From Dehalococcoidia bacterium (lineage in GTDB: Bacteria > Chloroflexota > Dehalococcoidia > E44-bin15), in NCBI GenBank assembly GCA_035528575.1, contig DATKYK010000005.1, forward strand, positions 30,381 to 94,380: a stretch of DNA of 64,000 bases, in the 5' to 3' direction. Shown here in pieces: positions 17,826-27,600 of the stretch (positions are counted from its first letter, which is position 1; every line of letters starts with the position of its first letter). The notes beneath the pieces are model-generated. The model did not search any database and was not told the origin of the DNA. It saw only the letters and a program-made list of their open reading frames with translations. A program made the position numbers and the translations under genes.

Positions 17826-17969
17826 ATGCTTCTAACTCACATTCCCGCCATCTTGCACCCTAAGACCCTCCTGCGCAGCAGTTATGCCAGAATGCCCGCC
17901 CCCTTATCCCGACAGGGCGAATATCGCTGTCACTGCATTAAGGAATCCTCATTGATTAACTAGATAGGC

Positions 17970-18266
17970 TTATCGAGATAATCTTTTTGCAATTTCAACT
18001 ACTTGGCTCAGCGAAGCGACAGGATGCACCTTGAAAAAGACGAACGGAACATAGCGTTGCACCATATCGCCAATTTCCTCCTCAGTTCCCTCAGCAACTG
18101 CATAGCCGTTGATCTCGCCAACGAATGCCCCCCAATCCTTAGTTAAACCTTTTTGCATATCTTTCTTAACCATATCGAGCAAGGTACCCCATCCGGTCCC
18201 TCGCTCTTGAGGACTAATAGGTACTTTCGTCCGGTCTACTTCCCAAAGCATCAGATACTTTCCCAT
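17970..18266 (-). CDS. Hypothetical small protein (98 aa), possibly a GYD/alpha+beta-barrel-like fold
   Basis: ORF with a weak NGYAVAEG motif. No confident family. Confidence 0.3.
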   Translation of the reverse strand: MGKYLMLWEVDRTKVPISPQERGTGWGTLLDMVKKDMQKGLTKDWGAFVGEINGYAVAEGTEEEIGDMVQRYVPFVFFKVHPVASLSQVVEIAKRLSR

Positions 18267-18539
18267 GGCCTTGTTCCTCCTTCTCTGATTAGTCTTCTGG
18301 CTTGCACTCGATTCTCAGGCTACGCGATATCATCACCTCCCTCGCTTTATATGCAGTGAGCCAGGGCTGGGCTTCTATACCCCGCTTAAAGGTTTTTAGG
18401 CAAAACCGTAGGTCACCATACTTCCTGAGCCGATATTCTTTTTTGTGTGAATCCTCAGTTTTGCCCGTATGTGATTATGGCTATTCTTGGCGCAACATTC
18501 CCATTATCAATTTAATTGTAATGGTGAACGGCACTTTTG

Positions 18540-18633
18540 TCTGTAGAGAAAGTCTGTATTTTTTGTGGGGAAAGTCTGTATATTTTTGTGTGGGGAAAAC
18601 CCTGACAAAAATGTGGATTTTTGTAGGGAGGGC
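18540..18633. repeat. Iteron-like direct repeats (AAGTCTGTAT(A)TTTTTGTG(T)GGGGAAA x2 plus a degenerate third copy, with GTCTGTA x3)
   Basis: Seen directly, ~300 nt upstream (in minus sense) of the 98-aa gene. Confidence 0.5.
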
Positions 18634-18773
18634 TTGACACACGTCGATACCGCAGTGCGGGCTGGCAGGCTCAAGGGTGCGGGGAAGCAGGAGCGCAGCC
18701 CGCAAGCACCGTGCGTAGCCCTATCGGGCAAGGCAAGGCAACGCTGCCTATATAGTAGTGAAAACTAGGCTGT

Positions 18774-18826
18774 CAGTGCTGTGGGTAAAAAGATAGGGGG
18801 CCACCTATTTTCGGGTAGCCCCTGTT
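18774..18826. repeat. Islet repeat, copy 3 (element A with shared upstream flank). Lies just 3' of the beta-helix gene stop.
   Basis: gtgctgtgggtaaaaagatagggggccacctattttcgggtagcccctg. Confidence 0.6.
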
Positions 18827-18851
18827 ATCTTTCTGTACGCTACCGTGTAGC

Positions 18852-20675
18852 CTACGCTACTCTCTTCCTCTTAATCAACACTGCAACTGTCATAGCTACC
18901 ACTATAAGAGCAGCAAGTCCCAGCCACGGTGCTAGTATGCCAATCTTATCCACAGGCTCGACAATCCCGCCAACTGCAACCTGTCTCTCATATGCTCCCA
19001 CGTCGCAGACGTAGGTGCCATCTATATCCCCGTCCGCCGGCCGTGGTTGCCCCCGCTGGTCGGTGGTTAGGTTACATGAAACAATGCAGGCGTCTATGGC
19101 CGGGCTGCCAGTTATTAGAGCGTGGGTCTCTGTGGGACCCCCGTTATCCTGAAGCGGGCCGAGGAGGGGGTCGGGAGCAGGGCTAAGAAGCTCATCTACG
19201 ATGGATTCGCCGCCGATGTCTAAGTACTCACCGTAGTAGTTCTTATCAACAGCAGCATTATTACCGTATATTATGGTGCATCTTAGCTCTACATACTCCG
19301 CCCAACCCGTCCCTTCGTTATAAACGCCACCACCCCAATTCTGTGCAGAGTTATTGCTTACCGTGCAGTTAGTAAGAGTTGTAAGGCCCACGTAGGTATA
19401 TATGCCACCACCTTCCTTAGCGTTGTTTCCACTCACTGTACAGTTGGTCATATCCACTCGGCCACTATCATTACGAATACCACCACCGTTATCCCCGGCT
19501 TCGTTGCCGCTGATGGTGCAGTTGGTCAGCGTCACCTCGTCTTCATTGTTATAAATACCGCCGCCATCGCCAGAGGCGTTGTTTCCGCTGATGGTGCAGT
19601 TGGTCATCGTCACCGTGAAATCCGGCCCGACGGTACCAATGCCGCCGCCGTTGCCGTCCCGGGCAGTGTTGCCGCTGACGGTACAATCGGTCATCGTCAC
19701 GTGACCGCCGTAGTTATAAATGCCGCCTCCGTTATAGGCCTCATTTCCGCTTACGGTGCAGCCGGTCATCGTCAGCTCATCACCATAATCATTAAAGATG
19801 CCACCACCATTATTGTCGGCATCGTTTCCGCTTACGGTGCAGCCGGTCATCGTCACATTGCCACTATTATAAATGCCGCCTCCGTCGGGAGCCTCATTTC
19901 CAATTATGGTGCAGTTGGTCATCTCAAGCGGGCCATCGTTCCGAATGCCGCCGCCTTCGGTATCGGCCTTGTTATCGCTGACGGTGCAGCCGGTCATCGT
20001 CAGCCCATCTCCCGCCCCCCCGTTGTTATAAATGCCACCGCCGAGCATCCCGCTCGCGGCAGTGTTTCCGCTGACGGTGCACTTGGTCAGTGTCACCTCG
20101 CCCCCGTCTCTATAAATGCCGCCTCCCCAAAAATTAGCCTCATTCCCACTTATGGTGCAGCCGGTCATCGTGAGATTGCCACCGTTGTTATATAGGCCGC
20201 CTCCATTATAAGCCTCATTCCCACTTACGGTGCAGTTGGTCATCGTCACATTGCCGTATTCGTTATATAGACCGCCGCCGTTTGCTGCGGTTGAAACATT
20301 GCCATTCCGAATCGTCATGCCGGACATATCGACCGTGGAATTATTTATATAAAACACCCTGCTCATATCCTCACCGTCAACGAAGGTGCTTCCCGCACCT
20401 GCACCCCGTAGCGTCAGGGACTTGTTTATTGTAATGTCATGCTCATTGTATTGCCCTGCTGCTATGATGATGGTATCGCCTGCGGATGCGTTCCCGATAG
20501 CGCTCTGAATTTTACAGAACGGGTTGCCCACCGTGCCTGTCCCTGGCCCAGGGCAGCTCGTAGCATCAACATACCAAGGCGGTTGTGCAGACACTGTGCC
20601 TATTGGAATTATTACCGAGGCCAACGAAAATACAAGTACCAGAGCCACTACCATACTAACCATCCTGGCTTTCAT
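18852..20675 (-). CDS. Secreted parallel-beta-helix repeat surface protein with a C-terminal membrane anchor and basic tail
   Basis: 607 aa. Signal peptide. More than 15 tandem ~22-aa repeats of the type GGGIYN.G.VTMTNCTVSGN.A (PbH1-like). C-terminus ...IGILAPWLGLAALIVVAMTVAVLIKRKRVA. Confidence 0.65.
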   Translation of the reverse strand: MKARMVSMVVALVLVFSLASVIIPIGTVSAQPPWYVDATSCPGPGTGTVGNPFCKIQSAIGNASAGDTIIIAAGQYNEHDITINKSLTLRGAGAGSTFVDGEDMSRVFYINNSTVDMSGMTIRNGNVSTAANGGGLYNEYGNVTMTNCTVSGNEAYNGGGLYNNGGNLTMTGCTISGNEANFWGGGIYRDGGEVTLTKCTVSGNTAASGMLGGGIYNNGGAGDGLTMTGCTVSDNKADTEGGGIRNDGPLEMTNCTIIGNEAPDGGGIYNSGNVTMTGCTVSGNDADNNGGGIFNDYGDELTMTGCTVSGNEAYNGGGIYNYGGHVTMTDCTVSGNTARDGNGGGIGTVGPDFTVTMTNCTISGNNASGDGGGIYNNEDEVTLTNCTISGNEAGDNGGGIRNDSGRVDMTNCTVSGNNAKEGGGIYTYVGLTTLTNCTVSNNSAQNWGGGVYNEGTGWAEYVELRCTIIYGNNAAVDKNYYGEYLDIGGESIVDELLSPAPDPLLGPLQDNGGPTETHALITGSPAIDACIVSCNLTTDQRGQPRPADGDIDGTYVCDVGAYERQVAVGGIVEPVDKIGILAPWLGLAALIVVAMTVAVLIKRKRVA

Positions 20676-21307
20676 TTTCGCAACATCCTCCCAGTTTGAA
20701 ATTGAAAGGGTATTAATCCCTGCTAATTATGTGCGCCGTGCGTGATTTCAATCGAAATTAGACCATATCTGATAGAGCCTGTCAATGGCTCTAAGCAGCG
20801 GCGGATGGCAACAGGCTGGCGGGCTCAAGATACCGGTTGGCCAGATGGGTAGGCTAGAATATCCTGCTGCTATTAAATTCTGTAGCTATTCAATGACTTT
20901 TTCATGTTGATTAGTATACCTATTCAACGCAAAGTTCAACGTGACAGGCTCACCGGTCGAGAATTACCATTCTACCTTCCAGCTCCACCCCCGGCCATAA
21001 ATATACCCTCGAATATAAACACGTAGCCACTCCAGGGCAAATATGAGCGCTTTAACCTAATTCTAAGCCTGGGGCGACGGTGAGCTGTGCTGTGGCTGGT
21101 GAGCATATACACTCTAGCGGGGTGAAATTGCCGGTAAGAAGCTAGGACGTGATTGGGTAGTCCTGAGCTTGGACTATAAAAGGAAGAGGAAGCCGAAGGT
21201 TAAGAAAGGAGAGGGCAATGCAAAAAGCTGATCAAACTGCTAAGCAATTCGTTGCGGAAGAGTTTCAAACACCTCCAAATAATTCCGTAAAACCGCTGAA
21301 ATTAGAT

Positions 21308-21405
21308 TGGCGGGAGCGCATAGGAGTCGAACCTACCGTAGACACCGCAAGGTGCCCACCAACGGATTTGAAGTCCGCGGAGTCCACCGGGGCCCATCCG
21401 CTCCC
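21308..21405 (-). tRNA. selC: tRNA-Sec (anticodon UCA), full length with encoded CCA
   Basis: Reverse complement GGGAGCGGAU GGGCCC-CGGU-GGACUC ... GCGGA-CUUCAAA-UCCGU ... long variable stem-loop ... GUAGG-UUCGACU-CCUAU GCGCUCCC G CCA. It has a 6-bp D-stem with 4-nt loop, UCA anticodon, long extra arm and 5-bp T-stem, all typical of bacterial tRNA-Sec. There is a G-G mismatch at acceptor pair 8. Confidence 0.8.
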
Positions 21406-21996
21406 ACTATTTATCAAAGCTCTACCTGGGCTTCAGGCAGCGCAATACGCTTCTTAGATGGCTGGACAAGCAAAACCAGAAATGCTTCCGCAAGGTAGGG
21501 GTGGACCGCTGGTAACGCAATAAGCGAGCTTTCCCGATACCTAATAGAACATAACATCACCGGCACTCATCCCTAGAAGCCTGATGATCTCACACAAGGC
21601 CCCGCCACCATATCCTACTGCATAACAATTCTGGAAGTCGCATTCTGTCACATTATTCACAAACTGTCAAGCATCAAACCAGAGCACATCAAGGTGTCGC
21701 CAGAGCTGTAAAGCGATAGCCCTGTCGTACCGCCTCACCTCGGCCAGCGAATCCACTGCCAAAAGGGGTAATCTCAGGCTACTGAGAGAATATCTCATGA
21801 AACAGGGAGGATTCAAGTACATTGCCCAAGAGCAGATAAATGAACTTCAGGGCTGGATAAATGCCCGGTGCCAACTTTGCCTGGACCGGGCTAACGAATT
21901 TATAGAAAGTGCTCTCGCTTACCAAGGACTGGAAGGAAAAGAAAACGATAACCAACCTCAAGGAGTGAGCAATTCTATGATTGTGCTTTTTTTCAC

Positions 21997-22025
21997 TTTA
22001 CAAAAAAAATGACATGTTGTATAAT
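21997..22025 (+). promoter_or_regulatory. Sigma70-like promoter of the nuo operon (-35 TTTACA, 17-nt spacer, -10 TATAAT)
   Basis: tttacaaaaaaaatgacatgttgtataat, ~55 nt upstream of the nuoA TTG start. GGAGGGG RBS. Confidence 0.5.
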
Positions 22026-22081
22026 GCCAAAAGTTGTTGTAAAATACTGCAGGTTTCCAAATTAACTCGGAGGGGCGATAT

Positions 22082-22453
22082 TTGCTAGGTGACTTCGGTT
22101 ACATTGGAATTTTCCTCGTTGCTGCTCTTGGTTTTACCGCCTCAATGATCCTAATCCCCGTTACCCTCAGGCTCCTCCACATCGTCCCCCGGAAGCCCAA
22201 CCCCACAAAGTACACCACCTATGAGTGCGGCATGGAAACGATAGGCAACTCCCGGGTTCAATTCAACTTCCGCTATTATTTCTTTGCCCTGCTCTTTGTA
22301 ACCTTCGATGTACAGGTGGTCTTTCTCTATCCCTGGGCAGTGGAGCTAAAGCAGCTTAAGCTCTTCGGGCTGGTGGAGATGCTGGCATTCGTACTGATCC
22401 TGATGGTCGGTTTTGTCTATGCGTGGAGAAAGGGGGTTCTAAAGTGGAAATAG
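22082..22453 (+). CDS. nuoA: NADH-quinone oxidoreductase subunit A
   Basis: 123 aa, 3 TM. ...[40 protein letters not shown]... conserved NuoA core. TTG start. Confidence 0.85.
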   Translation: MLGDFGYIGIFLVAALGFTASMILIPVTLRLLHIVPRKPNPTKYTTYECGMETIGNSRVQFNFRYYFFALLFVTFDVQVVFLYPWAVELKQLKLFGLVEMLAFVLILMVGFVYAWRKGVLKWK

Positions 22454-23040
22454 AGATGCCCTATGTGAGCAGCGAGCTGGATAAGACCGAGGGCGCGGAA
22501 ATAGAGGCGCTCATCGCAGCTTCAAGGGAGCCCTATCCCGATCCGGTAGCCTGGCTCCATGAGGAGCTTCAGCGCAATGTGCTGCTTACCTCAACCGAGC
22601 ACGTTATAGACTGGGGGAAGCGCTACTCTGTCTGGCCGGTTCTCCTGGGGCTCGCCTGCTGCGCCTTCGAGATGATCTGTGCTGCTGCTTCGCGCTATGA
22701 TTTCTCTCGATTCGGCATGGAGGTTTTTCGCTTCTCCCCACGCCAGGCCGACCTGATGCTTGTTGCCGGCACGCTCACCTGGAAGATGGCCCCAGCCCTG
22801 AGGCGAATCTATGATCAGATGGCCGAGCCGAAGTGGGTCATAGCTATGGGGGCCTGCACTATCAGCGGTGGGGCATTCCGTGGTTCCTATAGCGTGGTTC
22901 CCGGGATAAACCTCATCGTCCCGGTAGACGTCTACATCCCCGGGTGCCCGCCTCGCCCCGAGGGTCTGCTCCACGGATTCATGGAGCTGCATCGCAAGGT
23001 CTTGAAAGACAAACTTATAAAGAAAGAAAAGGATGACTAA
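22423..23040 (+). CDS. nuoB: NADH-quinone oxidoreductase subunit B (N2 cluster subunit)
   Basis: Motif GLACCAFEM...GACTISGG...IPGCPP (four Cys ligands of cluster N2). The true start may be the ATG at 22456, directly after the nuoA stop. Confidence 0.85.
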   Translation: MEKGGSKVEIEMPYVSSELDKTEGAEIEALIAASREPYPDPVAWLHEELQRNVLLTSTEHVIDWGKRYSVWPVLLGLACCAFEMICAAASRYDFSRFGMEVFRFSPRQADLMLVAGTLTWKMAPALRRIYDQMAEPKWVIAMGACTISGGAFRGSYSVVPGINLIVPVDVYIPGCPPRPEGLLHGFMELHRKVLKDKLIKKEKDD

Positions 23041-23497
23041 GCAGCTTTCCGGCCCAGAGGTCGCACAGCAAGTAGGAGGGCGATTCCCCGACGCGATCAC
23101 TGGTTCCGATGAAACCGCTGTTTTCGTCCGCGGCGAAGCGCTTCTTGAAGTGGCGCGCTTCATCAAAGAGAGCCTCGATCTCGATTACCTCAACAGCATC
23201 ACCGCCGTCGATTACATCGACTATTTCGAACTGGTATACCTTCTAACCTCGCTAGAAAATAACCATAGCATCATCTTAAAGACGAGGTGCGATGAGCGCG
23301 AAAATCCCAGGCTGCCCTCGGTGGTCAGCCTGTGGCAGGGGGCCGATTTTCAGGAGCGCGAGATCTATGACCTCATGGGCATCTCCTTTGAGGGACACCC
23401 CAATATGAAGCGAATCTTCCTCTGGGATGGGTTCAAGGGGCATCCTCTGAGGAAGGATTTTGTTATAGACGTGCCGGGCGGTGGGAAAGCGACGTAG
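23033..23497 (+). CDS. nuoC: NADH-quinone oxidoreductase subunit C (30 kDa)
   Basis: 154 aa. ...[42 protein letters not shown]... matches the NuoC core. Confidence 0.8.
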   Translation: MTKQLSGPEVAQQVGGRFPDAITGSDETAVFVRGEALLEVARFIKESLDLDYLNSITAVDYIDYFELVYLLTSLENNHSIILKTRCDERENPRLPSVVSLWQGADFQEREIYDLMGISFEGHPNMKRIFLWDGFKGHPLRKDFVIDVPGGGKAT

Positions 23498-23507
23498 CAG
23501 GGAGTAA

Positions 23508-24611
23508 ATGACGCTCAAGACCGAGCCAGTCACTATTAATATAGGGCCGCAGCACCCCTCAACCCATGGGGTATTTCGGATGAGGGTCACCTTCGATGGC
23601 GAGGTGATCGTCGATATGGAGCCCATCTTTGGCTACCTCCACCGCGGGATCGAGAAGCTCGCAGAGCATAAAACCTACACCCAGAATATCCCCTTTACCG
23701 ATAGGCTGGACTACCTGGCCTCGATGTCCAATAACTTTGCCTACGTGCTAGCGGTGGAGAAGCTTGCCGGTATCGAGGTCCCCGAGCGGGCAGAATATAT
23801 CAGAATAATAATGGCCGAGCTTATGCGGATTGCCAGTCACCTCATGGGAGTGGGATTTTTCTTCAACGACATGGGAGCCTTCATGACGCCGGTCCTTTAT
23901 ATGTTACGCGAGCGGGAAAAGATCCTAGACCTCTTTGAGATGGCCTGCGGGCAGCGCCTGACCTATAACTATATGCGCTTCGGCGGGGTTAGCCACGATA
24001 TCCCCCAGGAGTTTATACCGGCACTGAAGAGGTTTATCGGTGAGATGCCCCGCTATATCGATGAATACGACCAGCTTCTTGCCGAGAACGAGGTGGTACT
24101 TGCCCGCGCCAAGGGAGTGGGCATTCTACCAGCGGATAAGGCAATCAACGCTTCGGTCGCCGGCCCGGTGCTGCGTGCCAGCGGGGTAAAGTGGGACCTG
24201 CGCAAGGCAGATCCCTACTCTATCTATGACCGGTTCGATTTCGACATCCCTACCGGCACCAATGGCGATAACTACGACCGGTACCGGATTAAGATAGAGG
24301 AGATTAAGCAGAGCGTGCGCATTATCGAGCAGGCTATGGAGCAGATTCCCCAAGGGGAGGTACGCACCAGGGTATCGCCGACATTCAAGCCGCCTAAAGG
24401 GGAAGCCTACGGCAGGGTGGAGGGCCCCAAGGGAGAGCTGGGCTTTTATCTGGTGAGCGATGGCTCTGCTAAACCCTATCGCTTCAAGGTACGTGCCCCA
24501 ACACTACTAAACCTCACCGTACTCCGCGATATGATTATCGGACGGATGCTGGCAGATGCCATAATCACCTTTGGCAGCATTGACATCTGTATGGGCGAGG
24601 TGGATCGCTAG
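23508..24611 (+). CDS. nuoD: NADH-quinone oxidoreductase subunit D (49 kDa)
   Basis: 367 aa. [39 protein letters not shown]...ICMGEVDR matches Nqo4/NuoD end to end. Confidence 0.9.
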   Translation: MTLKTEPVTINIGPQHPSTHGVFRMRVTFDGEVIVDMEPIFGYLHRGIEKLAEHKTYTQNIPFTDRLDYLASMSNNFAYVLAVEKLAGIEVPERAEYIRIIMAELMRIASHLMGVGFFFNDMGAFMTPVLYMLREREKILDLFEMACGQRLTYNYMRFGGVSHDIPQEFIPALKRFIGEMPRYIDEYDQLLAENEVVLARAKGVGILPADKAINASVAGPVLRASGVKWDLRKADPYSIYDRFDFDIPTGTNGDNYDRYRIKIEEIKQSVRIIEQAMEQIPQGEVRTRVSPTFKPPKGEAYGRVEGPKGELGFYLVSDGSAKPYRFKVRAPTLLNLTVLRDMIIGRMLADAIITFGSIDICMGEVDR

Positions 24612-27600
24612 TGGGCGTTCTCGAGCAGTTCCAGGATTGGCTGCTGGGCTATATCCCCGGTTGGGCAGCATACCTCATACCCGTAGTCATCGCCTTCGCC
24701 ATCCTCTCCACCTTTATTCTGCTTGTGGTAATGGCCTTTATTTACATCGAGCGGAGAGGGATAGGAAGATTCCAGGTTCGCCAGGGGCCCAATCGAGCAG
24801 GCCCACAGGGCATCCTTCAACCGGTAGCAGATGCCATCAAGATACTGCTGAAGGAGGACATCATCCCCATCCTGGGGGACCGCTGGGTTCACTGGCTAGC
24901 CCCCATAATAATCTTCACTCCCGTATTAATGATCTTCGCTATCATACCCTGGGGCCACGGTGCTTTCATCGCCGACCTTAATATCGGCATACTTTACATA
25001 ATAGCGATATCCTCTCTGAGCGTAGTTGGTATTTTCATGGCGGGGTGGGGCTCAAGCAATAAATACTCCCTGCTTGGTGCCATGCGCGCTGTGGCCCAGA
25101 TGGTAAGCTATGAGATCCCGCTGGTGCTCTCCATCATTGGTGTGCTCATAATAACCGGCTCCATGTCCATGGTGAGTATCGTGGAGGCACAGACCGTGCC
25201 CTTCCTTCTGCTCCAACCCTTGGGGTTAATGATCTTCTTCCTGGCAGCAGCCGCAGAGATCAACCGCAGCCCCTTCGACCTCCTGGAGGCAGATTCGGAG
25301 ATTGTCGCCGGCTTCCATACGGAATACTCCGGAATGAAGTATGGCCTCATTATGCTCGGGGAATACGCTCACGCCTTCGCCGTTTCCGCTATCCTGACCA
25401 CCCTTTTCCTCGGTGGAGGCAGCGGGCCACTACTACCGGCGGTGTTGTGGTTCATGATTAAGGTGTTACTGGTTTTTGTCACCCTCGTATGGATACGGAG
25501 CACCCTGCCCCGGCTCAGGGTGGACCAACTGATGGAGTTTGCCTGGAAGTTCCTCTTCCCACTGGCATTGGCAAATATCTTTATCACCGCGATTGAGGTT
25601 ATCGTCTGGCCCTCGTTCCCCTGGTGGCTTATGTTCATTAATATCCCCGTCGCCATCATACTCATTATCCTATGGTCAAGTATGTTCAGGGTGTACGGGG
25701 AGAGGTTTAGCCTCAGGCATTTCGGCCGTGGCGTTGCCAAGGGGATGGCTCTTACCTTCAGGCATCTTTTACGCAGCCCCATCACGGTACAGTATCCTGA
25801 GCAGCGGCTCAATGTTTCCAGGCGGGCACGGGGCCAACGATTTATACGGGATGAGCGCAAACGGGCTCCATGCATTGCGGCGTGCCCTGCCAGCGTGGAT
25901 GTGCAGGGATATGTCTCTCTTATCACCCAGGGTCGATTTGTTGAAGCGGTTGAGCTCATCAGGCAAACCAATCCCTTCCCCGTCGTCTGCGGGCGGGTCT
26001 GCACCCACCCCTGCGAAACGGCCTGCAACCGGGGATCTATGGATAAAGCGGTCGCCATCCGTGAACTAAAGCGCTTCGTGACCGACTATGAAATGAGCGT
26101 AGGCAGGGGAGAGATAATGCCGTACCCCCGAACCAAAGACGAGCGGGTAGCGGTTATTGGCTCAGGGCCTGGAGGGTTGACCGCCGCCCGCGATCTGTCG
26201 AGGATGGGCTATGGGGTGACCGTCTTCGAAGCGCTCCCGGTCGCCGGCGGGATGATGTCGGTAGGTATTCCGGAGTATCGTTTGCCCAAAGCGGTGCTGC
26301 AAAAGGAGATCGATGGAATACTGCAGCTTGGTGTTGAACTGAAGCTGGAAAGCCCCCTAGGCAAAGATGGCCTGACACTGGAATCGCTCAAAGGACAAGG
26401 CTATAAAGCCATTATCATGTCCGTGGGTGCCCATGAAAGCATGAAACTGGACATCCCCGGCGAAGACATTGAGGGAGTATATCACGGGGTTTTTTTCCTC
26501 AGGGATGTACTCCTGGGCAAAAAGGTCAAGGTGGGAAATAGGGTCGCCATAGTTGGCGGAGGTAATGTGGCCATCGACGCTGCGCGAACCGCCCTCCGCC
26601 TCGGCGCCAAGGAGGTAACTATTGTTTACCGCAGGTCGCGGCAGGAGATGCCCGCCGCTGAGGAGGAGATAGAGGATGCGGAGGCCGAGGGGATCAATAT
26701 CCATTATCTGGCGGCGCCGGTCAGGGTTGTTGAAGATGGAGGGAAGCTGGCAGGCCTGGAGTGCATTCGGATGGAGCTGGGCGAACCCGATGCCAGCGGC
26801 AGAAGGCGCCCGGTACCCGTCGATGGGTCGGAATTTATACTCGACATCGACATGCTCATTCCCGCCATCGGTCAGGTCACTGACCTCTCCTGCTTGCCCC
26901 ATGATCACAAACTTAATATCACAAAGAGAGGGACATTCGAGGTCGACCCCCTCAGCATGGCTGCCAACATATCCGGCGTCTTCGCCTGCGGGGATGCCGT
27001 GAGCGGGCCCAAGACTGTGGTTGAGGCTATCGGGGCAGGAACCAAGGCTGCCCTCGCCGTCGACTGCTACCTTCGCGGCGAAAAATTCGGAGAGCTGGAG
27101 CCAGTGCTGCCACTAAAGGAGGTAGCTTTCGAGGATCTCGATATCAGCGATGTCGAGAGTAAAGAGAGGGCAAAGGTATCCCACTTACCGGTTAAGGATA
27201 GGATCCGCAGCTTCGAGGAGGTAGCCCTCGGCTTTTCAGAAGAGACGGCTATAGAGGAAGCCAACAGGTGCCTCAACTGTGGCTTCTGTGCCTGGTGCCG
27301 GCAGTGCGAAAATGCCTGTCCCTACGGGGTTATCAGGATAGTACCCCAGGAGACCCCGGAGGGTACGACCGGAGTGGAAAGGTTTGACATCGACCTCGGA
27401 GAATGTATATTCTGCGGCCTGTGCATCGAGGCATGTCCGGCACACCGACTATATCTATCGAGAATATACGAAGCATCCTGTTACCGGCGGGGAGACCTAT
27501 TACTGGATAAGGAGGGGCTAATACCATCCCCCGAAAAACAGCCGAGTGCCTATGCCCGTCCCGAGATTGAGCCTGCCCTGCCCAAACAGGCCCTTCTACT

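Noticed and set aside
18540-18633. Tandem or direct repeats considered as CRISPR arrays (also 58622-58650)
   Set aside because: There are only 2-3 units, the spacing is irregular, the repeats are not 28-37 nt, and there are no cas genes in the window.
21218-21498. Two plus-strand ORFs (79 and 63 aa) overlapping tRNA-Sec
   Set aside because: The region is explained by the selC gene and its flank. The ORFs lack an RBS and read through the tRNA.
25369-26069. ORFs of 229 aa (minus) and 176 aa (plus) overlapping the nuoH-gltD-nuoI fusion
   Set aside because: They are alternative-frame artefacts inside a 3 kb CDS with continuous homology. Composition is low-complexity and Arg/Ser/Pro-rich.
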